From NCBI RefSeq assembly GCF_056746865.1, contig NZ_CM163382.1: a stretch of DNA of 64,000 nt; one strand, 5' to 3'. Below the pieces are notes generated by a model. The model worked only from the letters and a program-made list of their open reading frames with translations, ran no database searches and was not told the DNA's origin. Position numbers and translations under genes: made by a program. Positions 22,006 through 33,190 of this stretch are shown in pieces (position 1 is the first letter of the stretch; each line of letters starts with the position of its first letter).

Positions 22006-22389
22006 ATGAAGCTGACCATCATTCGATTAGAAAACTTTAGCGACCAGGACCGGATTGACCTGCAAAAGATCTGGCCGGAGTATTCCCCTTCCTCTTTACA
22101 GGTTGACGATAACCACCGTATCTACGCCGCGCGTTTTAACGAGCGCCTCCTAGCGGCCGTGCGGGTAACCTTAAGCGGCACCGAGGGGGCACTGGATTCT
22201 CTACGTGTGCGGGAAGTCACCCGCCGTCGCGGTGTGGGGCAATATCTGCTGGAAGAGGTTTTGCGTACCAATCCTGGCGTTTTAGGCTGGTGGATGGCGG
22301 ATGCTGGCGTGGAAGATCGCGGTGTGATGACAGCGTTTATGCAGGCTCTGGGATTTACGGCACAACAGGGCGGCTGGGAGAAGCGTTAA
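22006..22389 (+). CDS. panM: PanD maturation factor (GNAT-like, CoA-binding)
   Basis: 127-aa ORF (MKLTIIRLENFSDQDRIDLQKIWPEY...) between livK and livJ. Confidence 0.85.
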   Translation: MKLTIIRLENFSDQDRIDLQKIWPEYSPSSLQVDDNHRIYAARFNERLLAAVRVTLSGTEGALDSLRVREVTRRRGVGQYLLEEVLRTNPGVLGWWMADAGVEDRGVMTAFMQALGFTAQQGGWEKR

Positions 22390-22430
22390 TCGTCAAGTTT
22401 GATTTCAAAAGTGACGACCAACGAGAAATT

Positions 22431-22530
22431 GCCTGATGCGCTACGCTTATCAGGCCTACAATGTGTGCTGCAATTTACTGATTTCTTTGGATCTTGTAGG
22501 CCGGATAAGGCGTATACGCCGCATCCGGCA
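22431..22530. repeat. REP/BIME element pair between panM and livJ
   Basis: GCCTGATGCGCTACGCTTATCAGGCCTACA and an inverted copy TGTAGGCCGGATAAGGCGTATACGCCGCATCCGGCA. Confidence 0.75.
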
Positions 22531-22588
22531 TGAAGCAACGTACTCGATATTAGCAATTTGGCGGCAACTCCAAGTTGCCGATTAATGA

Positions 22589-23692
22589 TTACTTCGCATC
22601 GGTCGCCGTGCCGTTGGCGTGCCAGTCAAATACGCCGAACTCAAAGCCTTTCAGATCGCCTTTCTCATCCCAGGTCAGCGGCCCCATCACCGTATCCACG
22701 GAGTTCGCTTTCAGGTATTTGGCGATTTCAGCCGGATCGTCAGACTGATTCAGACCCGCCTGCAAAGATTGCAGCGCGGCGTAGGTGGTCCAGACGAACG
22801 CGCCGCTTGGGTCCTGTTTCTTCGCTTTGATCGCGTCAACAATTGGTTTGTTCGCCGGAACCTGATCGTAGTTCTTCGGCTTGGTCACCAGCAGCCCTTC
22901 CGCTGATTCGCCCGCAATGTTAGACAGCGAGACGTTAGCCACGCCTTCCGGCCCCATAAACTGAGTTTTCAGCCCCGCCGCGCGTGCCTGACGCAGGATT
23001 TGCCCCATTTCCGGGTGATAACCGCCGTAGTAAACGAAGTCGATATTCTCTTTTTTCAGACGCGCCACCAGCGTAGAGAAATCTTTTTCCCCGGCGGTGA
23101 TGCCATCAAAGAACACCACGTTAGCATTGCCTTTCTTCAGGCCGTCCTGCACCGCACGCGCCAGACCTTCGCCGTATTGCTGTTTGTCGTGGACGATAGC
23201 AATACGCTGCGGTTTCACTTTATCAAGAATATATTTCGCCGCCGTCGGCCCCTGGTCGGAGTCCAGGCCGGTAGTGCGCAGGATCAGCTGATAGCCACGA
23301 GCGGTCAGCTCTGGCGCGGTTGCCGCTGGGGTGATCATTAAAATGCCTTCATCTTCATAGATGTCTGACGCTGGCTGCGTTGATGAAGAACAGAGGTGAC
23401 CAATCACATATTTAATGCCGTCGTTAACGACTTTGTTCGCCACCGCAACCGCCTGTTTCGGGTCACAGGCATCGTCATATTTCACGATTTGCAGTTTGTT
23501 GCCTTTGATACCACCTTTAGCATTGATATCCGCAACCGCCTGCTCAGCACCAGTAAACTCCTGGTCACCGTACTGGGCCACCGGACCGGACATTGCGCCC
23601 ACGACCGCGACTTTAATATCTTCTGCCAGAGCCATATTGCTGAATGCCAGCGCGATACATCCTGCCAGTAACGCTTTACCCTTTATATTCAT
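22589..23692 (-). CDS. livJ: Leu/Ile/Val-binding periplasmic protein
   Basis: Internal start [23 protein letters not shown] gives 367 aa. Confidence 0.9.
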   Translation of the reverse strand: MNIKGKALLAGCIALAFSNMALAEDIKVAVVGAMSGPVAQYGDQEFTGAEQAVADINAKGGIKGNKLQIVKYDDACDPKQAVAVANKVVNDGIKYVIGHLCSSSTQPASDIYEDEGILMITPAATAPELTARGYQLILRTTGLDSDQGPTAAKYILDKVKPQRIAIVHDKQQYGEGLARAVQDGLKKGNANVVFFDGITAGEKDFSTLVARLKKENIDFVYYGGYHPEMGQILRQARAAGLKTQFMGPEGVANVSLSNIAGESAEGLLVTKPKNYDQVPANKPIVDAIKAKKQDPSGAFVWTTYAALQSLQAGLNQSDDPAEIAKYLKANSVDTVMGPLTWDEKGDLKGFEFGVFDWHANGTATDAK

Positions 23693-23910
23693 CCTGAGAA
23701 TCCCCATTCTTCTGGTTATTACGTGTGTTGTGATGTTGTTGTTCAGCACTTTATTTCGTTTTATGCATGACTACCCGTGCTTTAGCAGCATACTCTGCTA
23801 AAACATACCCGATTTTTATGATATTGGAATAGCTATTTTGACAGTTTATTAACAATCTGCGTGGGGATTGGCGTTTTGCCGGAGGGGGAAACTGATTATT
23901 GCAGAGGCCC

Positions 23911-23944
23911 AAAAAACAAAAACCCCGGATTCTCATCCAGGGTT
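23911..23944 (-). terminator. Candidate intrinsic terminator of rpoH
   Basis: The minus strand reads AACCCTGGATGAGAATCCGGGGTTTTTGTTTTTT: a GC stem followed by a U-run, just downstream of the rpoH stop. Confidence 0.6.
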
Positions 23945-23963
23945 CTCTGCTTAATAGCGGAAA

Positions 23964-24818
23964 TTACGCTTCAATGGCAGCACGCAATTTTTTCATCGCG
24001 TTCTTTTCCAGCTGGCGCACACGCTCAGCGGAAACACCGTAACGGTCAGCCAGTTCCTGCAACGTGGACTTGTTGTCTTCGTCCAGCCAGCGCGCGCGGA
24101 TGATATCCTGGCTACGCTCGTCCAGACCTTGCATCGCGTCGGTCAGACGGTTTGCCGCCTGCTCTTCCCAGTTATCATCTTCAATGCCGTCAGCAAAGTT
24201 AGATGATTTATCCTGCAGATAGAGCACCGGAGCCATCGGCTGGCTGTCGGAATCGTCGTCGGAAGACAGGTCAAAGGTCATGTCCTGTGCCGCCATACGC
24301 GACTCCATCTCACGTACGTCTTTGCTGGTTACGCCCAGTTCACGGGCCACCATTTCAACTTCATCCTGGTTAAACCAGCCCAGACGCTGCTTGGTTTTAC
24401 GCAGGTTGAAGAACAGTTTGCGCTGCGCTTTGGTGGTCGCAACTTTGACGATACGCCAGTTACGCAGAACGTATTCGTGGATCTCTGCTTTGATCCAGTG
24501 GACGGCGAAGGAGACCAGGCGCACACCCACTTCCGGGTTAAAACGGCGCACTGCTTTCATCAGGCCGATGTTACCTTCCTGAATCAAATCCGCCTGTGGC
24601 AGGCCATAGCCCGCATAATTACGAGCAATATGAACAACAAACCGCAGGTGAGACAGGATCAGCGTTTTAGCTGCTTCCAGATCGCCATGGTAATGCAGCT
24701 TTTCAGCCAGCGCCCGCTCCTCGTCAGCCGACAACATCGGCCACGCGTTAGCTGCCCGGATGTAGGAATCCAGGTTGCCAACTGGGGCTAAAGCTAAACT
24801 TTGCATTTTGTCAGTCAT
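23964..24818 (-). CDS. rpoH: RNA polymerase heat-shock sigma factor sigma-32
   Basis: 284-aa ORF beginning [35 protein letters not shown], with sigma-70 regions 2 and 4. Confidence 0.95.
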   Translation of the reverse strand: MTDKMQSLALAPVGNLDSYIRAANAWPMLSADEERALAEKLHYHGDLEAAKTLILSHLRFVVHIARNYAGYGLPQADLIQEGNIGLMKAVRRFNPEVGVRLVSFAVHWIKAEIHEYVLRNWRIVKVATTKAQRKLFFNLRKTKQRLGWFNQDEVEMVARELGVTSKDVREMESRMAAQDMTFDLSSDDDSDSQPMAPVLYLQDKSSNFADGIEDDNWEEQAANRLTDAMQGLDERSQDIIRARWLDEDNKSTLQELADRYGVSAERVRQLEKNAMKKLRAAIEA

Positions 24819-24984
24819 TCAAATCCTCTCAATCGATATCTTCTGGCGCTTCAGTGGTAGCAACAACTGTGCCAGAGCTTAAGAGCAACGAGGTTATCAT
24901 TCACTGTTTTATCAGACCGTGATTTTATCCACAAGTTCAATGCAAGCTTGTGAATAAATTACGCACAAAATGTGACATAGAGAT

Positions 24985-25050
24985 GAAATACCGGGAAGAG
25001 ACAACGGGGTCTCTTTCCCTGCTACGGAACCCATTGCAGGGAAAGAGTAT
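24985..25050. promoter_or_regulatory. rpoH upstream regulatory region overlapping the ftsYEX terminator hairpins
   Basis: Perfect 10-bp inverted repeat CTTTCCCTGC...GCAGGGAAAG plus an overlapping alternative stem, between the ftsX stop and the rpoH promoters. Confidence 0.4.
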
Positions 25051-25062
25051 AACACGCTTTTA

Positions 25063-26121
25063 TTATTCAGGCGTAAAGTGGCGTAAATGTTGTACCGTGG
25101 CAAGCCACGCTGCCACCCAGCCAATCATCGAGCATACCAGCAGCAACAGCAGGCATTCATCGAACGATAAGCCATTGATATCAAACTTCGTTCCGAAAAC
25201 CTGTGCCACTTCTGCAACCGCCGATGACAAACGCAGTACCAGAATTTCTGACAAAATTAATGACAGCAATGCGCCAGAAAATCCCAGCAATGCGCCTCCG
25301 TACAGGAACGGGCGCAGGATGAAACCATCCGTCGCACCAATCAGTTTTTGTACGTTAATGGAGTCACGGCGAGCAAAGATGCTCAGACGCACACTGTTGC
25401 CGATGACGAGGAACACTGCTGCCACCATCAACACGCCGATCATCGCGGAAACGCGCCCGACCAGCCCGGTTAACGCCGCCAGACGGGCAAACCAGCTGTC
25501 ATCCATCCGCACTTCGTCAATGCCGTTGATCTGGGTGATACGATCACGCAGCGTATTCAGTGATTCCGTCCCCTGAAAATCGAGTTTCGGGATCACCACC
25601 GCCACTGCCGGAAGCGGGTTTTCTTCCAGCATATCCAGCGCACCACCAAAACCAGACCAGTTACGGAACTCGCCCAGCGCGTCTTCACGAGAAAGATAGT
25701 TCACTTTCTCCACGCCCTGCTCGGCCTGTAGCTGCGCCACCACGCCTGCTGCGGCATCATCGTCCAGCGTTTTTTGGAGATAAACGGTGATTTGCGGTGA
25801 CGGATAATACTGCGTCGCCGCCTGGTTAACGTTTTTGTAAACCATATAGCAGACGCTGGGCAGCGTCAGGGAGATGGCGATAACCATCACCGTTAAAAAC
25901 GTGGCGAACGGTTTGCTTTTCAGATCCTGCAATGCGCCGTGGAAGGCATAGCGCACCTGTTCGTTGAAAACGTTGGTTTTGCGATTTACCGGTTTTGGCG
26001 AGGATTTCGCGCGTTTCGGCGCGTTACGACCGCCGTCGCCAGAGCCACCGACCGATTTACGGAAGCGATCCAGACGCCCGCCAAACTGCCGAATATGATT
26101 GATTGCATCGCGCTTATTCAT
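25063..26121 (-). CDS. ftsX: Cell division ABC transporter permease-like protein
   Basis: Internal start [15 protein letters not shown] gives 352 aa; 4 predicted TM segments. Confidence 0.92.
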
Positions 26122-26782
26122 GGCCCACGCCTCCATGCAAGTGACCATCGCTCAGGGTGAGCATGCGATAGGAACGCCGCGAGATCAGGTTGATGTCGTG
26201 CGTTGCCATCAATACGGTTACCCCAACGCGGTTAAACTCTTCAAACAGACGTAGAATCCCTTCCGACAACGCGTCGTCCAGGTTACCAGTTGGTTCGTCC
26301 GCCAGCAGTACCGCGGGCTTGTTCACCACCGCGCGGGCAATGCCAACACGTTGTTGTTCACCGCCGGAAAGCTGAATAGGAAAGTTCTTCGCTTTGTCCA
26401 GTAGCCCGACTTTATCCAGTGCCGCCGACACCCGGCGACGAATATCGTCACCGCTGGCACCGGCGATAATCAGCGGGATCGCCACGTTATCGTAGACAGT
26501 ACGGTCCATCAGTAGATGGTGATCCTGGAAAATCATGCCAATCTGGCGGCGCAGAAACGGAACTTCACGGTTTTTCAGACGCGTGATGTCATGGCCGCTA
26601 AACCAGATTTTCCCGGCGCTGGGCCGCTCAATCCCACAGATCAGCTTCAGGAGGGTACTTTTCCCTGCGCCGGAATGACCGGTCAGAAACGCCATCTCAC
26701 CCGGCTGCATATGGAACGTAACGCCCTGCAGCGCCTGTCTCCCACCGAGATAAGCCTTGCTGACATGTTCAAAGCGAATCAT
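26114..26782 (-). CDS. ftsE: Cell division ATP-binding protein
   Basis: 222-aa ORF with Walker A (GHSGAGKST) and the LSGGEQQR signature. Confidence 0.95.
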
Positions 26783-26784
26783 TG

Positions 26785-28281
26785 TTAATCCTCTCGGGCA
26801 AAAAGTGCCTCTATAAAGTCGTCCGCCTTAAACGGACGCAAATCCTCAATACGTTCGCCGACACCAATGTAGCGGATAGGGATACCAAACTGGTCAGCCA
26901 CCGAGAAAATTACCCCGCCTTTCGCCGTGCCGTCCAGTTTCGTTAGCGTGATGCCGGTTAAGCCAACGGCTTCGTGAAACAGTTTGGCCTGGCTTACCGC
27001 GTTCTGCCCGGTGCTGGCATCAATAGTCAGCATAACCTCATGCGGCGCTTCAACGTCGAGTTTCTTCATCACGCGGACGATTTTCTTCAACTCTTCCATC
27101 AGGTGCGATTTGTTCTGCAGGCGTCCGGCGGTATCGGCAATCAGGACGTCGATATTACGCGCTTTAGCGGCCTGAATGGCGTCGAAGATAACAGAGGCGG
27201 AATCCGCACCGGTATGCTGGGCAATCACCGGAATATTGTTGCGCTGACCCCAGACCTGAAGCTGTTCAACCGCTGCCGCACGGAAAGTATCGCCCGCCGC
27301 CAGCATCACCGATTTACCCTGCTGCTCAAACTGACGCGCCAGCTTACCAATCGTCGTGGTTTTACCCACACCGTTGACGCCTACCATCAGGATCACGAAC
27401 GGCGTTTTACCTTCAACATTCAGCGGCTCATCGACTTTCGCCAGAATCTCGCCCATCTCTTCTTTCAGCAGGCCATAGAGCGCCTCGGCATCACGAAGCT
27501 GCTTGCGGGATGCGCCTTCCGTCAGATTGGTGATAATTTTACGTGTGGTTTCCACGCCCACATCGGCGATCAACAGCTGCTCTTCCAGCTCTTCAAACAG
27601 ATCATCGTCGATTTTTTTACCGCGGAACAGGCTGATAAATCCGGAACCGAGGTTTTCTTTGGTTTTTAACAGGCTGCGTTTCAGGCGCGCGAAGAAACCT
27701 TCTTTGGTCGGTTTTTCCTGCTCCTGAGCGATTTCTTCCACCGGCTGCTCTTCTTCTGCCGGAGGAACCACCATCACCGCCTCTTCTGCCGCTTCGGCAG
27801 CCAGCGCCTGTGCTTCCAGCTCTTCGTCGGTGATTTCTTCTTTAGCCGCTTCTTCTTCCGCCGCTTCGACAATCTCTACGGTTTCCGCTTCGGCCTGCCA
27901 CTCTTCTGGCGAAACCTCTTCGGCGTTGACGTCTTCCGGCAACGGCAGCTCTTCACGCTCGATAACCACTGGCTCCGGCGTTTCTTCTACGACCGGTTCC
28001 GGCTGTGCAACGACTTCCGCTTCAGGCTGCGCTTTTTCACTTTCAGCAACCTGTTCAGTGACTTCCACAACGTCGGCAGCAAAAGTTTCCGCCTCGGCTT
28101 CAGTATGCGCCTGCGGCTGCTCTTCAACGGCTTGTTCAGAAGCCTTCGCAGGCTCTTGCGCCGGAACGATTTCTTCTACAACCGGTTGTTCATTCTGAAC
28201 TTCTGTCTCTTTTTCCGGGGTCTGCTCTTTTTGACCAAAGCCCAGCCAGGAAAAAAAGCCACGTTTTTTTTCTTTCGCCAT
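26785..28281 (-). CDS. ftsY: Signal recognition particle receptor
   Basis: ORF with an acidic low-complexity N-terminal A-domain and a C-terminal SRP GTPase domain (GVNGVGKTTT, DTAGR). Confidence 0.95.
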   Translation of the reverse strand: MAKEKKRGFFSWLGFGQKEQTPEKETEVQNEQPVVEEIVPAQEPAKASEQAVEEQPQAHTEAEAETFAADVVEVTEQVAESEKAQPEAEVVAQPEPVVEETPEPVVIEREELPLPEDVNAEEVSPEEWQAEAETVEIVEAAEEEAAKEEITDEELEAQALAAEAAEEAVMVVPPAEEEQPVEEIAQEQEKPTKEGFFARLKRSLLKTKENLGSGFISLFRGKKIDDDLFEELEEQLLIADVGVETTRKIITNLTEGASRKQLRDAEALYGLLKEEMGEILAKVDEPLNVEGKTPFVILMVGVNGVGKTTTIGKLARQFEQQGKSVMLAAGDTFRAAAVEQLQVWGQRNNIPVIAQHTGADSASVIFDAIQAAKARNIDVLIADTAGRLQNKSHLMEELKKIVRVMKKLDVEAPHEVMLTIDASTGQNAVSQAKLFHEAVGLTGITLTKLDGTAKGGVIFSVADQFGIPIRYIGVGERIEDLRPFKADDFIEALFARED

Positions 28282-28430
28282 TTGCGACTACACTCCTCGC
28301 TGTTGCTTCATGGCACAGCGTTAACGCTATGTACATAGCAGCTAAAAAAATGATGAAATAGTCTATCACTTAACTTAATTCACATCACCGCCTGCAAGTA
28401 TGTGTTATCTGGCGGATTGAGCAATTTATC

Positions 28431-29027
28431 ATGAAAAAACCGAATCATTCCGGCAGCGGCCAGATCCGCATTATTGGCGGGCAGTGGCGAGGCCGTAAAC
28501 TCCCGGTTCCTGATAGCCCAGGTCTGCGCCCCACCACAGACCGCGTACGCGAAACGTTGTTTAACTGGCTGGCTCCGGTCATTGTTGACGCCCAATGTCT
28601 GGATTGCTTCGCCGGGAGCGGCGCGCTGGGGCTGGAAGCGTTATCGCGCTACGCTGCGGGGGCCACATTGATTGAAATGGATCGCGCGGTTTCTCAGCAG
28701 TTAATTAAGAATCTGGCGACACTAAAAGCAGGCAATGCACGCGTGGTGAACAGCAACGCGATGTCATTCCTGGCGCAAAAAGGCACACCGCATAATATCG
28801 TGTTTGTCGATCCACCGTTCCGCCGTGGCTTGTTAGAAGAGACGATAAATTTACTGGAAGATAACGGCTGGCTGGCTGACGAAGCCCTGATTTATGTCGA
28901 AAGCGAAGTCGAAAACGGTCTGCCCACTGTTCCGGCAAACTGGTCATTACATCGGGAAAAAGTGGCGGGTCAGGTGGCTTATCGGCTGTATCAACGCGAA
29001 GCACAAGGAGAAAGTGATGTTGATTAA
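28431..29027 (+). CDS. rsmD: 16S rRNA m2G966 methyltransferase
   Basis: 198-aa ORF with a SAM-binding motif (LDCFAGSGALGLEALSR) and DPPF. Confidence 0.9.
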   Translation: MKKPNHSGSGQIRIIGGQWRGRKLPVPDSPGLRPTTDRVRETLFNWLAPVIVDAQCLDCFAGSGALGLEALSRYAAGATLIEMDRAVSQQLIKNLATLKAGNARVVNSNAMSFLAQKGTPHNIVFVDPPFRRGLLEETINLLEDNGWLADEALIYVESEVENGLPTVPANWSLHREKVAGQVAYRLYQREAQGESDVD

Positions 29028-29286
29028 TATTGGACGTTTGTTAATGCTCTGCGTTTGGGGATTTTTAATCCTCAACCTGGTGCATCCCTTCCCGCGTCCG
29101 CTGAATATTTTCGTTAACGTGGCGCTGATTTTTACCGTGCTGATGCATGGTATGCAACTGGCGCTATTGAAATCCACTTTACCGAAAGATGGCCCGCAGA
29201 TGACCACCGCCGAAAAGGTGCGGATTTTCCTTTTCGGCGTGTTTGAACTGCTGGTCTGGCAGAAGAAATTTAAAGTTAAAAAATAA
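29017..29286 (+). CDS. yhhL: Small inner-membrane protein (DUF1145)
   Basis: Internal start MLINIGRLLMLCVWGFLILNL gives 89 aa. Confidence 0.75.
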   Translation: MLINIGRLLMLCVWGFLILNLVHPFPRPLNIFVNVALIFTVLMHGMQLALLKSTLPKDGPQMTTAEKVRIFLFGVFELLVWQKKFKVKK

Positions 29287-29288
29287 CC

Positions 29289-29648
29289 TTATTGTTCGCC
29301 AACAAAGCTGACAAAGCGCGTTCCTTTATAGCTCAGCGTACCTTTATCGCCCATTGTCAGGGCGTGGTACTGCTGGGCGTCGAGGCGAAACGTCTGCTCC
29401 ATTCCTCCGCTTTGCGGTTTGAAGCTTGCCTCATAGCGCATACTGGTGCCTGCCGGAGTCACTTCCTGCTGGCGCGAACGGCGATCGTTAATCGGTTTTT
29501 CCCGCTTGTTGCTCACCACCACCAGCTTTTGCTGGAGCGGTGCCATATCATTATCAGCTTTTTCCCGTCGTTGTTGCATAAAACGAAACGATGCGGCGAC
29601 GATGATTAAGCCAATGATAACAATAAAGAAAAGAGGTGGTTTGCTCAT
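29289..29648 (-). CDS. yhhM: DUF2500 membrane-anchored protein
   Basis: 119-aa ORF with an N-terminal TM helix. Confidence 0.8.
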   Translation of the reverse strand: MSKPPLFFIVIIGLIIVAASFRFMQQRREKADNDMAPLQQKLVVVSNKREKPINDRRSRQQEVTPAGTSMRYEASFKPQSGGMEQTFRLDAQQYHALTMGDKGTLSYKGTRFVSFVGEQ

Positions 29649-29788
29649 CTTTATCCCTCATCGGAAAATGCGGAATTAAGCATACCCTGCCAGTTATGGT
29701 GTTGTCATCCGTCCACCCTCGCCACTAAACTGGAAGCAAGACCGTAGGCATTCCGCTTACGAAAAAATAACGAATTCAAGGAACTAAG

Positions 29789-30415
29789 ATGCTTTGGTCG
29801 TTTATCGCTGTCTGTCTTTCCGCATGGCTATCTGTGGATGCATCGTATCGTGGGCCAACCTGGCAACGCTGGGTGTTTAAACCGTTAACCCTTCTTCTCC
29901 TGCTGTTACTGGCCTGGCAAGCGCCAATGTTCGACGCCATTAGCTATCTGGTGCTGGCGGGGCTGTGCGCCTCACTGCTGGGCGATGCGCTAACCCTGTT
30001 GCCACGTCAACGTCTGATGTACGCCATCGGCGCGTTTTTCCTCTCGCACCTGCTGTACACCATCTATTTCGCCAGTCAGATGACGCTCTCTTTCTTCTGG
30101 CCTCTGCCACTGGTGTTGCTGGTTCTGGGCGCGCTGTTACTGGCGATTATCTGGACGCGTCTGGAAGAGTATCGTTGGCCTATCTGCACGTTTATCGGCA
30201 TGACGCTGGTGATGGTGTGGCTGGCAGGTGAACTGTGGTTCTTCCGTCCGACCGCTCCGGCGCTCTCTGCGTTTGTCGGCGCTTCGTTGCTGTTTATCAG
30301 TAACTTTGTCTGGCTGGGTAGTCACTATCGCCGACGCTTCCGTGCGGACAACGCTATTGCTGCGGCCTGCTACTTTGCCAGTCATTTCCTCATCGTTCGC
30401 TCGCTGTATCTCTGA
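29789..30415 (+). CDS. yhhN: YhhN/TMEM86-family membrane protein (lysoplasmalogenase-like)
   Basis: 208-aa polytopic membrane ORF. Confidence 0.8.
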   Translation: MLWSFIAVCLSAWLSVDASYRGPTWQRWVFKPLTLLLLLLLAWQAPMFDAISYLVLAGLCASLLGDALTLLPRQRLMYAIGAFFLSHLLYTIYFASQMTLSFFWPLPLVLLVLGALLLAIIWTRLEEYRWPICTFIGMTLVMVWLAGELWFFRPTAPALSAFVGASLLFISNFVWLGSHYRRRFRADNAIAAACYFASHFLIVRSLYL

Positions 30416-30421
30416 TAAAAC

Positions 30422-30453
30422 TTGACTCTGGAGTCGACTCCAGAGTGTATCCT
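30422..30453 (+). promoter_or_regulatory. zntA promoter with a ZntR (MerR-type) operator
   Basis: -35 TTGACT and -10 TATCCT are separated by a 20-bp spacer containing the palindrome ACTCTGGAGTCGACTCCAGAGT, the MerR-family architecture. Confidence 0.8.
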
Positions 30454-30488
30454 TCGGTTAATGAGAAAAAACTTAACCGGAGGATGCC

Positions 30489-32687
30489 ATGTCGACTCCT
30501 GACAATCACGGCAAGAAAGCCCCTCACTTTGCTGCGTTCAAACCGCTAACCACGGCACAGAACGCCAACGACTGTTGCTGCGACGGCGCATGTTCCAGCA
30601 CGCCAACGCTCTCTGAAAACGTCTCCGGCACCCGCTATAGCTGGAAAGTCAGCGGCATGGACTGCGCCGCCTGTGCGCGCAAGGTAGAAAATGCCGTGCG
30701 CCAGCTTGCAGGCGTGAATCAGGTGCAGGTGTTGTTCGCCACCGAAAAACTGGTGGTCGATGCCGACAATGACATCCGTGCCCAGGTTGAATCTGCGGTG
30801 CAAAAAGCGGGCTATTCCCTGCGCGATGAACAGGCCGCCGACGAACCGCAAGCATCACGCCTGAAAGAGAATTTGCCGCTGATTACGCTTATCGTGATGA
30901 TGGCGGTAAGTTGGGGACTGGAGCAGTTTAATCATCCGTTCGGGCAACTGGCGTTTATCGCGACCACGCTGGTTGGACTGTACCCGATTGCTCGTCAGGC
31001 ATTACGGCTGATCAAATCCGGCAGCTACTTCGCTATTGAAACCTTAATGAGCGTAGCCGCTATTGGTGCGCTGTTTATTGGCGCAACGGCTGAAGCTGCG
31101 ATGGTGTTGCTGCTGTTTTTGATTGGTGAACGACTGGAAGGCTGGGCCGCCAGCCGCGCGCGTCAGGGCGTTAGCGCGTTAATGGCACTGAAACCAGAAA
31201 CCGCCACGCGCCTGCGTAACGGTGAGCGTGAAGAGGTGGCGATTAACAGCCTGCGCCCTGGCGATGTGATTGAAGTTGCCGCAGGCGGGCGTTTGCCTGC
31301 CGACGGTAAACTGCTCTCACCGTTTGCCAGTTTTGATGAAAGCGCCCTGACCGGCGAATCCATTCCGGTGGAGCGCGCGACGGGTGATAAAGTTCCTGCA
31401 GGAGCCACCAGCGTAGACCGTCTGGTAACGCTGGAAGTGCTGTCAGAACCGGGTGCCAGCGCCATTGACCGGATTCTGAAACTGATCGAAGAAGCCGAAG
31501 AGCGTCGCGCACCCATTGAGCGGTTTATCGACCGTTTCAGCCGTATCTACACGCCCGCGATTATGGCCGTCGCCCTGCTGGTAACGCTGGTGCCGCCGCT
31601 GCTGTTTGCGGCCAGCTGGCAAGAGTGGATTTATAAAGGGCTGACGCTGCTGCTGATTGGTTGCCCGTGTGCGTTAGTTATCTCAACGCCTGCGGCGATA
31701 ACCTCCGGGCTGGCAGCAGCAGCGCGTCGTGGGGCGTTGATTAAAGGCGGTGCGGCGCTGGAACAACTAGGTCGTGTTACCCAGGTGGCGTTTGATAAAA
31801 CCGGTACGCTGACCGTCGGTAAACCGCGCGTTACCGCGATTCATCCGGCAACGGGTATTAGTGAATCTGAACTGCTGACACTGGCAGCGGCGGTCGAGCA
31901 AGGCGCGACGCATCCACTGGCGCAAGCCATCGTACGCGAAGCACAGGTTGCTGAACTCGCCATTCCCGCCGCCGAATCACAGCGGGCGCTGGTCGGGTCT
32001 GGCATTGAAGCGCAGGTTAACGGTGAGCGCGTGTTGATATGCGCTGCCGGAAAACATCCGGCTGTTGCATTTGCTGGTTTGATTAATGAACTGGAAAGCG
32101 CCGGGCAAACGGTAGTGCTGGTAGTGCGTAACGATGACGTGCTTGGCGTAATTGCATTGCAGGATACCCTGCGCGCCGATGCTGCAACTGCCATCAGTGA
32201 ACTGAACGCGCTGGGCGTCAAAGGGGTGATCCTCACCGGCGATAATCCACGCGCAGCGGCGGCAATTGCCGGGGAACTGGGGCTGGAGTTTAAAGCGGGC
32301 CTGTTGCCGGAAGATAAAGTCAAAGCGGTGACCGAGCTGAATCAACATGCGCCGCTGGCGATGGTCGGTGACGGTATTAACGACGCGCCAGCGATGAAAG
32401 CCGCCACCATTGGGATTGCAATGGGCAGTGGCACAGACGTGGCGCTGGAAACCGCCGATGCAGCATTAACCCATAACCACCTGCGCGGCCTGGTGCAAAT
32501 GATTGAACTGGCACGCGCCACTCACGCCAATATCCGCCAGAACATCACCATTGCGCTGGGGCTGAAAGGGATCTTCCTCGTCACCACGCTGTTAGGGATG
32601 ACCGGACTATGGCTGGCGGTGCTGGCAGATACGGGTGCGACGGTGCTGGTGACAGCGAATGCGTTAAGGCTGTTGCGCAGGAAGTAA
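30489..32687 (+). CDS. zntA: Zn/Cd/Pb-exporting P1B-type ATPase
   Basis: 732-aa ORF with an N-terminal metal-binding region (GMDCAACARKVE), a CPC transduction motif, DKTGTLT phosphorylation site and GDGINDAP. Confidence 0.95.
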   Translation: MSTPDNHGKKAPHFAAFKPLTTAQNANDCCCDGACSSTPTLSENVSGTRYSWKVSGMDCAACARKVENAVRQLAGVNQVQVLFATEKLVVDADNDIRAQVESAVQKAGYSLRDEQAADEPQASRLKENLPLITLIVMMAVSWGLEQFNHPFGQLAFIATTLVGLYPIARQALRLIKSGSYFAIETLMSVAAIGALFIGATAEAAMVLLLFLIGERLEGWAASRARQGVSALMALKPETATRLRNGEREEVAINSLRPGDVIEVAAGGRLPADGKLLSPFASFDESALTGESIPVERATGDKVPAGATSVDRLVTLEVLSEPGASAIDRILKLIEEAEERRAPIERFIDRFSRIYTPAIMAVALLVTLVPPLLFAASWQEWIYKGLTLLLIGCPCALVISTPAAITSGLAAAARRGALIKGGAALEQLGRVTQVAFDKTGTLTVGKPRVTAIHPATGISESELLTLAAAVEQGATHPLAQAIVREAQVAELAIPAAESQRALVGSGIEAQVNGERVLICAAGKHPAVAFAGLINELESAGQTVVLVVRNDDVLGVIALQDTLRADAATAISELNALGVKGVILTGDNPRAAAAIAGELGLEFKAGLLPEDKVKAVTELNQHAPLAMVGDGINDAPAMKAATIGIAMGSGTDVALETADAALTHNHLRGLVQMIELARATHANIRQNITIALGLKGIFLVTTLLGMTGLWLAVLADTGATVLVTANALRLLRRK

Positions 32688-32719
32688 AAGTGTTGCCTGA
32701 TAGCCTCTGGCTATCAGGC

Positions 32720-33028
32720 TTAGTGCTGAGGCGGGAACGGCGGCATAGTCAGGAAAGCATAATAAAGCGCTAACATCAGAATGACAGAGACAACACAGCA
32801 TGCAGCAACCAGGCGGGATGCTATAGATGGCCTTTTGAACATCAACCACAGGGCATAAGCAAGCCCGACACCGTTAAGTAAAGGTAAAAAAATCATTAGC
32901 CAGAGCCAACCCCAGGCAAGTACCCCCAGCCATCCCCCCACGACGATAAAAACAGGGATCAGCCAATTGGGGGTGAAGATCGCGAGTAATCCCAGCAATG
33001 CCAGACAAACTGGAATTAAATAATCCAT
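32720..33028 (-). CDS. Hypothetical small hydrophobic membrane protein (uncertain)
   Basis: 102-aa ORF that is Trp/Leu-rich with 2-3 predicted TM helices; no clear Shine-Dalgarno; lies between zntA and a REP cluster. Confidence 0.3.
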   Translation of the reverse strand: MDYLIPVCLALLGLLAIFTPNWLIPVFIVVGGWLGVLAWGWLWLMIFLPLLNGVGLAYALWLMFKRPSIASRLVAACCVVSVILMLALYYAFLTMPPFPPQH

Positions 33029-33052
33029 TTGTGCATTCCATTACACTTGCTT

Positions 33053-33190
33053 GCCGGATGCGGCGTAAACGCCTTATCCAGCCTACACAGGGCATCGAAC
33101 TCGTAGCCATGATAAAACGCGACAGCGTCGCATCAGGCATTGCGCACCGTATCGCCAGATGCAGCTTGAACGTTTTATCCGTCCTACAAA
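33053..33190. repeat. REP/BIME cluster between zntA and tusA
   Basis: GCCGGATGCGGCGTAAACGCCTTATCCAGCCTACA plus further REP-like palindromic units. Confidence 0.65.

Noticed and set aside
27700-28260. Repetitive GAA/GCT-rich, low-complexity stretch that could be mistaken for a tandem repeat
   Set aside because: It encodes the acidic Glu/Ala-rich A-domain of the FtsY N-terminus in frame with the conserved SRP-GTPase domain; it is not a non-coding repeat or CRISPR-like array.
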